Source: an uncultured delta proteobacterium (GTDB lineage Bacteria; Desulfobacterota; Desulfomonilia; Desulfomonilales; Desulfomonilaceae). From it: a stretch of 64,000 nt of DNA. Shown in pieces: positions 50,704 through 59,708 of the stretch. A program made the position numbers and the translations under genes. The stretch's first letter is position 1. Each line of letters opens with the position of its first letter. The stretch lies in the NCBI GenBank assembly GCA_963789265.1, contig CAWBKB010000001.1, positions 1,824,001 to 1,888,000 of the forward strand. Direction: 5' to 3'. The notes under the pieces are model-generated. The model saw only the letters and a program-made list of their open reading frames with translations, was not told the DNA's origin and searched no databases.

Positions 50704-52379
50704 GAGAGTGTCTCAAAACGGTTGTAGTGGCACGATGACGACTCTCGGGGTGGTAGGGTGCGGTTAATCTCGCACCTTGGCCTCCCTTGTCTCCGACGAG
50801 CCGGGGCCGGCTATGAGTATGCCTCAGGCAGCCATGAGTCACTCTCCGTCCTGATGTCTTAGGCCGCGGTTAGCACCAGACGCCCCGTCAGCCAATGGCT
50901 GTAGAGCTTCTTGAGATTCAAGGTGGCGCACATCAAAGACCATTGAGCCCTCGCATTGGATAATCCGGACACGGTCCACCGTCTAAAGTCCAAGTGGCTC
51001 TTTATCCATGCAAAGACCGGCTCAATGATCACCTTGCGGGCTCGGAGTAGCGTCTTGCTTTCCGGGACCTCCCGTTTCTTGCGGTGGCGCTCAACTGCGT
51101 CACGATAGATGTTAATGTCTATGAGACGGCCATTCTTGCTCTTGCTGCACTTCCACCGTTCAGGACACGTCAAGTAGTCCCGGCATCGATACCGCCGGAT
51201 CTCGTTTCCGTTTTTTCCTGTGACTTTCTTCTGAAGAAAGTTCAGCGATGCGCCTTGCGGACAAATACAGACGTCTCGCTCTTGGTCGTAGACGAACTGG
51301 GAAGCGTGATAAGGGTCCCATTGAGCGCCTTTTTCCGCAGCGGACTCTCCCGACGACTTGGCGACCAAGACCTCGTACTCCTTCTCTTCGGCCAACGCGA
51401 TTTGAGCCGATGCGAAGTATCCTGCGTCCGCCACGGTTTCCTCTGCGGTTGCGCCCAAATTTTCCTGAACTCGATCCAGCATGGGAACAAGCTGCCCATT
51501 GTCATTGCCTTCGTCGACCACTTCCTCAGCCACAATCATGCCGCTTTGTTGGTCTGCCACCGCTTGAGCATTGTAAGAGGGCTCAGTAGACCGCCGGTTC
51601 TTCATGTACCGGGCATCCGGCTCGCAGGGATGGACGACCTTCTTGTCAGTCTTATCCAATTCCTGCAAGGCCTTCTGTATCCGCTCCTTGCGTTTCAACT
51701 CGTCCTGCAGGGCTTCGGGAAGACGCCATTCGCCACCCTCCTCTTGCTCGCACCTCTCTGTCTCCGTCATGACGTCGGCAACGCACTTGTCCAAATTCTC
51801 AAGCATCCGCTCCAACTGATCTTGGTTCTTGAACTTCTCCCGAGATGATCCGACAGGGATCTTGGTTCCATCCAATGCATGAACCGCCATACCTATCAAC
51901 TCGGCTTTGACTGCCACTTGAACCGATTGTTTGAATATTCCCTTGAAAACCTTCTTGTTGTCCCTCCAGAATCGCCACAGGGTATTATGATCCGCTGCAT
52001 TCATACCCGTCAGCCAAATCAATCCCATGTTCTCCATGCATGCCTTCTCAAGCTTGCGCGATGACCTGATTCTGCTGAAATAGCCGTAGAGCCATGCCTT
52101 CAACAAAAGATCGGTACTATAGGGAGGACGGCCCGTTTCGCCATTCGGAACTCGAAAACCCAGCACCTCCAAATCCAAGGAATCCACAAAGTCTCCTATG
52201 AAGCGCGCTGGATGATCAGGCCCTATCCAGTCATCTATAGCGGGCGGAAGCAGAAACACCTGCTTGTAGTCGGCTCTGATTTGCGGCATAATCCTTTCCC
52301 TCTCCGATTCTCTTTTCACATCTCATTAGTAGAATCGGTTGAGAATCGCGAGCCCAAAATCGACTTTTGAGACAGTTTC
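50704..52379 (-). mobile_element. IS1182-family insertion sequence (1676 bp)
   Basis: IRs GAGAGTGTCTCAAAA / TTTTGAGACAGTTTC; TAAA duplication at 50700-50703 and 52380-52383. Confidence 0.9.
50859..52289 (-). CDS. IS1182-family DDE transposase
   Basis: HPARFI, GRPPY, IRSSRKLE, LDGTKI, YNAQ, ADAGY, IEPVFAWIK. Confidence 0.93.
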   Translation of the reverse strand: MPQIRADYKQVFLLPPAIDDWIGPDHPARFIGDFVDSLDLEVLGFRVPNGETGRPPYSTDLLLKAWLYGYFSRIRSSRKLEKACMENMGLIWLTGMNAADHNTLWRFWRDNKKVFKGIFKQSVQVAVKAELIGMAVHALDGTKIPVGSSREKFKNQDQLERMLENLDKCVADVMTETERCEQEEGGEWRLPEALQDELKRKERIQKALQELDKTDKKVVHPCEPDARYMKNRRSTEPSYNAQAVADQQSGMIVAEEVVDEGNDNGQLVPMLDRVQENLGATAEETVADAGYFASAQIALAEEKEYEVLVAKSSGESAAEKGAQWDPYHASQFVYDQERDVCICPQGASLNFLQKKVTGKNGNEIRRYRCRDYLTCPERWKCSKSKNGRLIDINIYRDAVERHRKKREVPESKTLLRARKVIIEPVFAWIKSHLDFRRWTVSGLSNARAQWSLMCATLNLKKLYSHWLTGRLVLTAA

Positions 52380-52607
52380 TAAAGTACCGGTCTACTCTCA
52401 ATCGCCCCAATGGGGCTCAAATACTGGCGTCCCGTAGGGACCTGAGACAGTAGCCCGGTAATTCATTACCGGGGAAAAGGGTCATTCGTGGTACGATTTC
52501 GTCCAGTTCACGGGTTTTGAGACCGTTTCGAGACACCGGCCCTACTACGATCTCGGTAGGACCGGACTCTCGGGATGCCGGTCACAAAGTCCCCATTGAA
52601 CGCTTAC

Positions 52608-52637
52608 CTTATGACTTTATTAGCACATTACTATTGC
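52608..52637 (+). promoter_or_regulatory. Conserved 30-bp regulator-binding motif, copy 3
   Basis: CTTATGACTTTATTAGCACATTACTATTGC. Confidence 0.75.
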
Positions 52638-52744
52638 GCAAAATTAACCTTTGGCCGAGACTTCTTATGAAAAACACGGATGTTTGTCTTTAAAGTCTCT
52701 TAAACCATTTTTCTGGGTTTTGATAGGACGATTGGAGACTCCCT

Positions 52745-53338
52745 GTGAAAAACGACCCTCCTGTTCAGGTGGTCTTTGTGTGCGTCAGCAACCGCGGTCG
52801 GAGCGTTTTCGCTGAGTTCGCTTTTAGAAAGATGATCGGCGAACGAGATGGAAGGCTTCTTGAGCTGGTCTATGTGTCGTCCGCCGGCTTTATCCCTCGG
52901 GCCCTAAGAGGGCATGTGGCAAAACTGGGTATAAGCTTTCCCGAGCCCTTTTACAGCCGTCCCATGCCTGAAACGACACGTACTTTTTTGTCCGAGAGAG
53001 GCATAGTAGTCTCACCGGATTGGAGGTCGAAAGCGCTCACTTCAGTAATGGTGCAAGAGGCCAATCTCATTGTCACTGCCCTACCCCAGCAAAAAGAAGA
53101 CCTCCTTAATCTTTATCCGAATGCGAAGGGCGAGATTCTCACAATTAGAGAAATATCTCAATGGACCGGGTATCTTAGATTCGAGGATTTATCGGGACTC
53201 CCGACAGATGGTACGTACTGGAACTATGTCGAGGAAGATGCTGATTATGTTTCGGAAATACTCGTCGAGATGGAACAGAGCTTGACGCGGGCATTCCCGC
53301 ATATCCTCGGACGGCTCGGGCTTGGTGGCGATTCGTGA
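52745..53338 (+). CDS. Low-molecular-weight phosphatase-fold protein (LMW-PTP/ArsC-like)
   Basis: VVFVCVSNRGRSVFAE P-loop (CX5R), VSSAG. Confidence 0.8.
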   Translation: MKNDPPVQVVFVCVSNRGRSVFAEFAFRKMIGERDGRLLELVYVSSAGFIPRALRGHVAKLGISFPEPFYSRPMPETTRTFLSERGIVVSPDWRSKALTSVMVQEANLIVTALPQQKEDLLNLYPNAKGEILTIREISQWTGYLRFEDLSGLPTDGTYWNYVEEDADYVSEILVEMEQSLTRAFPHILGRLGLGGDS

Positions 53339-53440
53339 CCTCGTCTGATACGCAACAGGCAATAGTTCACCGCGGAGACCGCGGGGACCGCTGCACTGTT
53401 TGCCCGTCGAATTGTTACCAACGCAACTAGGAGGGTCTAC

Positions 53441-55072
53441 ATGGCGGACAAAAGTTATGATGCAGTGGTCGTAGGCGGAGGTCATCATGGCTTGATAACG
53501 GCTTGTTACCTGCAAATGGCGGGGATAAAAACTGCAATATTCGAATTGAAGCCGCATTTGGGAGGATCGGTGACCAGCGCGGAAGGGCCGGCACCGGGAT
53601 TCACTTTTAACGTCAGTTCCAGTTGGACACGCTTTTACGGCCACCCGGCCTACAGTGATTTCAATCTTCGAGAGAAAGGCCTGGAATACATTTTCCCCGA
53701 GGGGAATGAGGCCATGATTTTCGACAACGATACCTGCCTGATCGGTTACTCCGCCTTGAAAGTCGTTGACCCTCTGACCGGAAAGACCGAGATATCTCAC
53801 GAGAATTTGCAGAAGACTCTCAATGAAATCAGCCGGTTTTCCCAGAAAGATGCTGAGACCGCGGTAGAGCTTTTTCGAAGGTACATGAAGAAATGGAAAT
53901 CCGCGATGGGAGATTATCGGCTCCGGCCCCCGGTTCCATGGGGAAAAAAGAATGAATTGGAAAAGCTGTGTGACGACCCCGAGGACGGCATTGACCCCAT
54001 ATATCAGTTCATGACTACTCAGCAACTGGCCTATGATGTTTTCGAAAGCGAAGAACTGAGGACACTGTTTATCAGAGCAGCCATGACCTCTTTTGGCGGC
54101 GCCCCTCATGATGTTATCGGCCTACATGGCTTCATCCACGCCATCGGGTTGGTCCTTTCGTGGGAGCCTGCGGCCATTGCCAAAGGAGGCAGCCAGAGCA
54201 TATCGAATGCCCTGCAAGAGGCATTCACGCAAATGGGCGGCGAGTTCTTTTGCCGCAGCGACGTGGTCAAACTCGTAATCGAGAATAACAAGGCAAAAGG
54301 GATTCGACTGAAAGATGGAACGGAGATAAAAGCCGAGAAGCTCGTGGTCAGCGACCTGAGCGCTCTTCAATCCGTTCACCTTATTGGTGAAGAGCATCTT
54401 GATTCCAAGATTGTCAACCGTGTGAAAAACATCAGATATGATCGGCACACTATTGTTTGGGCTATGGTCGCCATGCACGAGTTGCCGCAGTACAAGGCGG
54501 CTTCATTTAACTCGGACTGCGGATCGCAACCCAGGATGTACATAGGACCGCGAAACGCAGATTACATGGCGAACCAATACCTTTCCGAGATATTCGTTAA
54601 AGGTATCGCAGACCGGCTCTTCATGTTTGTTGGTCCTGACAGCATCTGGGATAGCTCCAGGGCCCCTGAAGGCAAGCATATCATTGGGATTGAGGAATTC
54701 TCCGCGCCTGCAAGATTCTTTTCCCCAACCAAGTGGCAAGATCTGAGAAATCAGTTTGAAGCCGCCATCATCAGAGAGTGGCAGAAATACGCTCCGAACA
54801 TGACCAGGGAGAATGTTATCGCCAGTCAGATTGTTACCCCCTACGATATTCAATTGACCCACCCGAACATGCATGAAGGGTCCATAGCCTGCGGAGACAT
54901 GATCGTCTCTCAGATGGATCGATTTCGTCCAACTCCGGAACTATCAGGTTACAGGACGCCCATAAAGAACTTCTATCTGTGTTCCTCCGCCTGCCACAAT
55001 GGAATCGGTACGGGGCGAGGTTCTTCTTACAACTGTTATCAGGTGATCCGAGAGGACTTTTCTTTGAAGTGA
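53441..55072 (+). CDS. FAD-dependent oxidoreductase, phytoene-dehydrogenase-related family
   Basis: YDAVVVGGGHHGL Rossmann motif, GGSQSISNAL, YRTPIKNFYLCSS. Confidence 0.88.
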   Translation: MADKSYDAVVVGGGHHGLITACYLQMAGIKTAIFELKPHLGGSVTSAEGPAPGFTFNVSSSWTRFYGHPAYSDFNLREKGLEYIFPEGNEAMIFDNDTCLIGYSALKVVDPLTGKTEISHENLQKTLNEISRFSQKDAETAVELFRRYMKKWKSAMGDYRLRPPVPWGKKNELEKLCDDPEDGIDPIYQFMTTQQLAYDVFESEELRTLFIRAAMTSFGGAPHDVIGLHGFIHAIGLVLSWEPAAIAKGGSQSISNALQEAFTQMGGEFFCRSDVVKLVIENNKAKGIRLKDGTEIKAEKLVVSDLSALQSVHLIGEEHLDSKIVNRVKNIRYDRHTIVWAMVAMHELPQYKAASFNSDCGSQPRMYIGPRNADYMANQYLSEIFVKGIADRLFMFVGPDSIWDSSRAPEGKHIIGIEEFSAPARFFSPTKWQDLRNQFEAAIIREWQKYAPNMTRENVIASQIVTPYDIQLTHPNMHEGSIACGDMIVSQMDRFRPTPELSGYRTPIKNFYLCSSACHNGIGTGRGSSYNCYQVIREDFSLK

Positions 55073-55305
55073 GACTCGATAGCGATATGTCCACCGCCGC
55101 GAGGTCGTATAAATCAGGTACAGATTGTTATGGTTTACACCGAGAAAATCAACCGCAATCCATTCTTGCCGATTAAATAGGCGTGCCTCGCTCGCTCCCT
55201 CTGGAAGTTGCATAAGCTGTACGGGACGCTGCCGGGTTCGCGAACAAGCTGGTATGACAATACATTTCATGGCCTTGCTCCCGGCTAATGCGAGGAAACA
55301 AGTGG

Positions 55306-56049
55306 ATGAGACTCAAAGATAAGGTGGCCATTGTCACGGGGGCTGCCAAGGGACTTGGAAGAACCTTCGCTATTGCTCTCGCGAGAGAGGGCGCAAAGAT
55401 CATGGCTGTTGATATCGCAGACCCTGCGGAAGTGACAACAGATATCGAATCAGGCGGAGGTGTGGCCAAAGGTTTGCGGGCCGACGTTTCCATCGAAAAG
55501 GAGACCCTCAAGATCGCACGGGAAACAGTAAATGCCTTTGGAAGGATTGACATACTAATCAACAATGCCGCTATCGTTCAAGGGTTGGTTCGAAAACCTT
55601 TCTATGAAATCGAACCGAACGAGTGGGACCGGCTGATGCTGGTGAATCTCAAAGGCCCCTGGCTATGTACAAGGGCCGTATTCCCCTACATGAAGCAGCA
55701 GGGAAAAGGAAAGATAATCAACCTTTCCTCGGAGACTTTCTTCACCGGGTCTCACGGTTTGGTCCACTATGTGGCCTCAAAGGGCGGAATAGTCGGGTTA
55801 ACGAGAGCCCTTGCCATTGAATTGGGTCCCCACAATATCAACATCAACGCTGTTGCACCCGGATTTACAGATACTGAATCTAGCCGATCCATCGCAGATA
55901 TCTCCAAATACGATGTCACTCGGACACCTTTGGGTCGATTGCAGCAGCCCGACGATCTCGTTGGGGCAGTTATCTTTCTTGCCTCTGATGAAAGCGATTT
56001 CATCACCGGCCAAACTCTGTTGGTGGACGGAGGGAGGGTCATGCATTAG
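55306..56049 (+). CDS. Short-chain dehydrogenase/reductase
   Basis: TGAAKGLG, NNAA, YVASK. Confidence 0.95.
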   Translation: MRLKDKVAIVTGAAKGLGRTFAIALAREGAKIMAVDIADPAEVTTDIESGGGVAKGLRADVSIEKETLKIARETVNAFGRIDILINNAAIVQGLVRKPFYEIEPNEWDRLMLVNLKGPWLCTRAVFPYMKQQGKGKIINLSSETFFTGSHGLVHYVASKGGIVGLTRALAIELGPHNININAVAPGFTDTESSRSIADISKYDVTRTPLGRLQQPDDLVGAVIFLASDESDFITGQTLLVDGGRVMH

Positions 56050-56107
56050 TCCTCGCTGTGTTTGCAGGGATTGCGAAAAGTAATGTCCGTTTGAGGCGGA
56101 GGGGCAG

Positions 56108-57139
56108 ATGAGTTCAGAAAAACTATTCTTTTGGTTTGAGGAGCTGCGAGACACACACAACGACCTCGTGGGGAAGAAGTGCGCAAATCTCGGTCAAATG
56201 ATTCACTTGGGATTGGAAGTCCCGCCGGGCTTCGCGATATCCATCGACGCTTATCTGAAATTCATTCGTGAAACGGGCGCTGCGGCGGAAATGTCTCGAT
56301 ATGTGGAGGCCCTGGGCGAATTGAAAGGGCAAGGTATCGGCGTTTTCGAGGAAATCAGTCAAACGATCCAAGGCATCATTGAGAAAACAGAGATGCCCGA
56401 GGGGGTGCAAGGGCCGATAATAGATTATTACGACAGGCTTTGCGACAAAGTGGGGATTCCCGATATGCCCGTGTCGGTCAGATCGGCAGGCACGGAAAGC
56501 AGACCGGGCCTCTTCGAAACCTATCTCAATGTCAAGGGCATTGACGACGTGTTGGATAAGGTGAAGAAAGTTTGGGCCAGTGCGTACACGACCAGAGCGG
56601 TGGCATTCAGGATAAACAAAGGCTTGCCGGTTGTGGGAGACGAACTGGGGGTTGCGGTTCCAAAGATGGTCAATTCGCGCTCGTCCGGAATTTGTTTTAC
56701 GGCCAACCCTGTCACAGGCGATCACTCGAAGATCATTCTCGAAGCCAACTGGGGACTGGGAGAAGGCGTGGTCAGTGGAGCCGAAAGCGTTGATGGGTTC
56801 GTCGTTGACAAGGAATCGCTGCAAATTACGAACGTTCAGATAGGCAGAAAAGCTACGTGCGTAGTGAATCGGGAGAAAGGCGCTGCATGGGCTGATGTTC
56901 CTAAAAAAATGCAGAGTATCTCCTGCATAAGCGATGAAGAAGTCATCGAAATAGCCAGGGTGGCGAGGTCCGTCGAGACAAAATTAGGGCGTCCGCAGGA
57001 CATGGAATGGGCCATCGACAACGATCTCCCCTTCCCCAAGAGCATCTTTTGGCTTCAGACGCGGCCTGCAAAAGTTAAGGCCGCAGCTCCCGTATCAACC
57101 ACAGACCAGATCATCAACATGATGATCAGAAGACTGTGA
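56108..57139 (+). CDS. PEP/pyruvate-binding (ATP-grasp) subunit (phenylphosphate synthase B / HpeI / AcvB-like)
   Basis: VGKKCANLG, VPPGF, VSVRSA, TYLNV, WGLGEGVVSG, QDMEWA, LQTRP; no His domain. Confidence 0.88.
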   Translation: MSSEKLFFWFEELRDTHNDLVGKKCANLGQMIHLGLEVPPGFAISIDAYLKFIRETGAAAEMSRYVEALGELKGQGIGVFEEISQTIQGIIEKTEMPEGVQGPIIDYYDRLCDKVGIPDMPVSVRSAGTESRPGLFETYLNVKGIDDVLDKVKKVWASAYTTRAVAFRINKGLPVVGDELGVAVPKMVNSRSSGICFTANPVTGDHSKIILEANWGLGEGVVSGAESVDGFVVDKESLQITNVQIGRKATCVVNREKGAAWADVPKKMQSISCISDEEVIEIARVARSVETKLGRPQDMEWAIDNDLPFPKSIFWLQTRPAKVKAAAPVSTTDQIINMMIRRL

Positions 57140-57474
57140 GTCATCCCGGCCGCCGGTCCGTCGGTGTGAAAGCAAGTATCTTTTGGAATTCATCTGTGCG
57201 AAAGAATGAGGGCTGACCTCATGGCAAGCCGTTGGGTGGTATTTTCAATAAGAAACGTCGTCTATAGAAATGTCGAGCCCATGCCTTGACGCGGAGAATG
57301 CCTAAGGTCTTCTTTTTTTTGCAAGAAGAGGTGCGGGAAGATGTACAGAGCGGAGTAGACTACCCTTGATCAAAGCCGATCCTGATCGGGATCGGACATC
57401 TTCTAAACTTGACCGAATAGTCATGAGTGAGGTTAAATATAATTCGGGAATAGTGTTGCGGAGGTGACACAAAC

Positions 57475-57972
57475 ATGGGCGAGGAAAGTCCTTTGAAAGG
57501 TAAGGTGGTACTCGTAGTTGACGACGAACCCGATGTTCTCGACACAGTGGAAGAAACGCTCACCATGTGCGTGGTTCACAAGGCAGGCGATTTCGACACT
57601 GCCCTCAGTCTGCTGCAAAAGAATACCTACGATCTGGTTATCTTGGATATTATGGGGGTACGAGGCTTCGAACTTCTCGAGCATTCCGCGGCCAGAGGTT
57701 TTGTGACTGTCATGTTGACGGCGCACGCCGCAACCACCGAGGCATTACGAAAATCGATTAAACTTGGGGCTGCATCTTTTGTTCCCAAAGAATACATGGG
57801 AGAGCTGAGAGAGGTGCTGGAAGACATTCTTCGCGGCGAGGGACAGCGTTTCTGGTGGGCAAAGTCTTTTGATAGGACAAATGCCTACTTTTCCAGAGCG
57901 CTGGGCTCCGACTGGAAGGAAAAAGACGCATTCTTCAAGGAGTTTGCAGAAAAGCTGAAGCACAAGGAATAA
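57475..57972 (+). CDS. Response regulator receiver protein
   Basis: VLVVDDEPD, LVILDIMG, MLTAH, FVPK. Confidence 0.9.
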   Translation: MGEESPLKGKVVLVVDDEPDVLDTVEETLTMCVVHKAGDFDTALSLLQKNTYDLVILDIMGVRGFELLEHSAARGFVTVMLTAHAATTEALRKSIKLGAASFVPKEYMGELREVLEDILRGEGQRFWWAKSFDRTNAYFSRALGSDWKEKDAFFKEFAEKLKHKE

Positions 57973-58045
57973 AAAACTCTTCGGAATTATTCACTTGCCA
58001 AAGGTTCACCAATTCTTAGGATAGGGCAGAAAAGGAAGTGCGTGA

Positions 58046-58648
58046 ATGCTTAAAACATCCTGGATACTGGCGCTGACTGAGGTTTTGCTCTTACTCCTCC
58101 TCGGTCATGGCTTTGGTGCTGAATTGCCGCCAGTGCCTACTCCGGAATGGTCTAAGGTTCACTACGATCCGAAACTTACAGAGGATACATCAATTTTTTT
58201 CCGTTTATTACAATCGATTGTACCACCCTCGTGGAAAGAGTTTTGGCAAACGGACAAGTGCTATTTCACCTCTTCCGGGATTCCGGCCACGTGTGGATTC
58301 AGGATATGGCTAATCAATAAAACTACACGAGCGCATGATATCGGCTTCGACATCGTGAAACAGGAGCCAGACCCGACGATGCCTAGTTGTCTGGAGGACT
58401 GTATTGAAAGGCTATCAGTTAAAATTATGGACGGAAGATTCACGTGTTCTTATTTTAATAGCTGCTGCTGGCGCTACCTGAGTTCACATGTGAAACGGCA
58501 AGAGTTGACTATGGACAAGCAGACGTACCGAATGCGGGACGTCATCACGGGGAGGATTGACTTTGAGTGCTTGGCGGAGTGTCCTCAATGTCAAGATAAA
58601 CCGGAGCCCGTCATCGTCAAAGGAGTCTTCAAAACGATTCTGAAATGA
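58046..58648 (+). CDS. Hypothetical exported Cys-rich protein
   Basis: Signal-peptide-like N-terminus, multiple Cys, AAGGA upstream; family not recognised. Confidence 0.55.
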   Translation: MLKTSWILALTEVLLLLLLGHGFGAELPPVPTPEWSKVHYDPKLTEDTSIFFRLLQSIVPPSWKEFWQTDKCYFTSSGIPATCGFRIWLINKTTRAHDIGFDIVKQEPDPTMPSCLEDCIERLSVKIMDGRFTCSYFNSCCWRYLSSHVKRQELTMDKQTYRMRDVITGRIDFECLAECPQCQDKPEPVIVKGVFKTILK

Positions 58649-58753
58649 CCGTAAACAGCGAGGTTGCGGGGCAATATGTTTTGGAAGATTCAGTCGGTCT
58701 GACGAACCGCCTTTGCCAAGTGCATAGTTCCGAAACTCTTTAGGGCCGGTACC

Positions 58754-59659
58754 ATGAAGCTGACCGCGGATTGTATTGTATGTAACCTGAAGGCCGCCGT
58801 TATGGCGATTCGTGAACTGACGACCGAAGAAGGCGCGGAGAGGCAACTCGTAGCCGAAATTATGCAGATCCCTGCTATGAGAGGCCTTGACTGGAGCATA
58901 ACAGGGTCGCAATTGGTCGAAGAGATGGTCAATAGAATCACTGCCGTCTTTGGAAGCCGCGATCCTTTCCGGCGCCGGAAAGAGAACCAGAACCGGAGGT
59001 GTCTCGAGTTGTACCCGCGGCTGAAAAGCCTCGTGGACGATTCCGAGGATCCACTCTTTGTGGCGGTGAATCTCGCTATTTCGGGAAATTCGATCGATCC
59101 GATGGGATATCTGAGTTGGCAGGACTTGGAAAAGGAGATACAAGGAATTCTTGGAAATCCTGTCCCACGAAGTAATTTTATGGACCTGAAAGACCGATTG
59201 GAACAGAGTAGGCTGGCCATTTACCTTGGGGACAACTGTGGTGAGATTGTCTTTGACAAACTGCTCATAGAAACCATCAAGGCGCAGCATGAGATTGATG
59301 TGGCATTTGTAGTCCGGAGCCTCCCCACTCTCAATGACGCCACTCTCGCAGATGCCAAGTTCGTCGGGATGAGTGACACCGCCACTGTAATGGAAAACGG
59401 TATCGACGGACCTTTACCCGGAACAATCCTGTCGAGATGTTCGGAGCAATTGCAGAGACTGTGGACCGACGCCGATCTGGTCATCTCCAAAGGTGGGGGC
59501 AACTTCGACAGCCTCGATGAGCAAAAGAACATTACAACCCCAATCTATTACATGCTCATGTGCAAATGTGCTCCCTACTCAAACTATTTCAATATTCCCC
59601 TAAATAGTCCTATACTGTTCAGAGCGCTATCGACGGCTGAAGGCGCAGGTAAGGCGTAA
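58754..59659 (+). CDS. DUF89/ARMT1-like damage-control phosphatase
   Basis: CIVC, GNSID, DNCGEIVFD, SKGGGNF. Confidence 0.9.
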   Translation: MKLTADCIVCNLKAAVMAIRELTTEEGAERQLVAEIMQIPAMRGLDWSITGSQLVEEMVNRITAVFGSRDPFRRRKENQNRRCLELYPRLKSLVDDSEDPLFVAVNLAISGNSIDPMGYLSWQDLEKEIQGILGNPVPRSNFMDLKDRLEQSRLAIYLGDNCGEIVFDKLLIETIKAQHEIDVAFVVRSLPTLNDATLADAKFVGMSDTATVMENGIDGPLPGTILSRCSEQLQRLWTDADLVISKGGGNFDSLDEQKNITTPIYYMLMCKCAPYSNYFNIPLNSPILFRALSTAEGAGKA

Positions 59660-59708
59660 TTATCTCCGCTTTGAAAGTCCCGTTGCCAATAAAATCGGAT
59701 TAGCTTGC

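Larger units (their letters stand above)
50642..52529. mobile_element. MITE (about 208 bp without the nested IS) with IS1182-type ends
   Basis: Ends GAAAGTGTCTCGAAAC / GTTTTGAGACCGTTTC; GAGA duplicated at 50638-50641 and 52530-52533. Confidence 0.75.

Noticed and set aside
53441..55072. Carotenoid biosynthesis (crtI)
   Set aside because: Only family-level similarity; no phytoene synthase or other crt genes are present.
43619..57139. Annotation as ordinary PEP synthase or as a phenol-carboxylation (Pps/Ppc) cluster
   Set aside because: There is no pyruvate-binding C-terminal domain, and no UbiD-like phenylphosphate carboxylase genes occur in the window.
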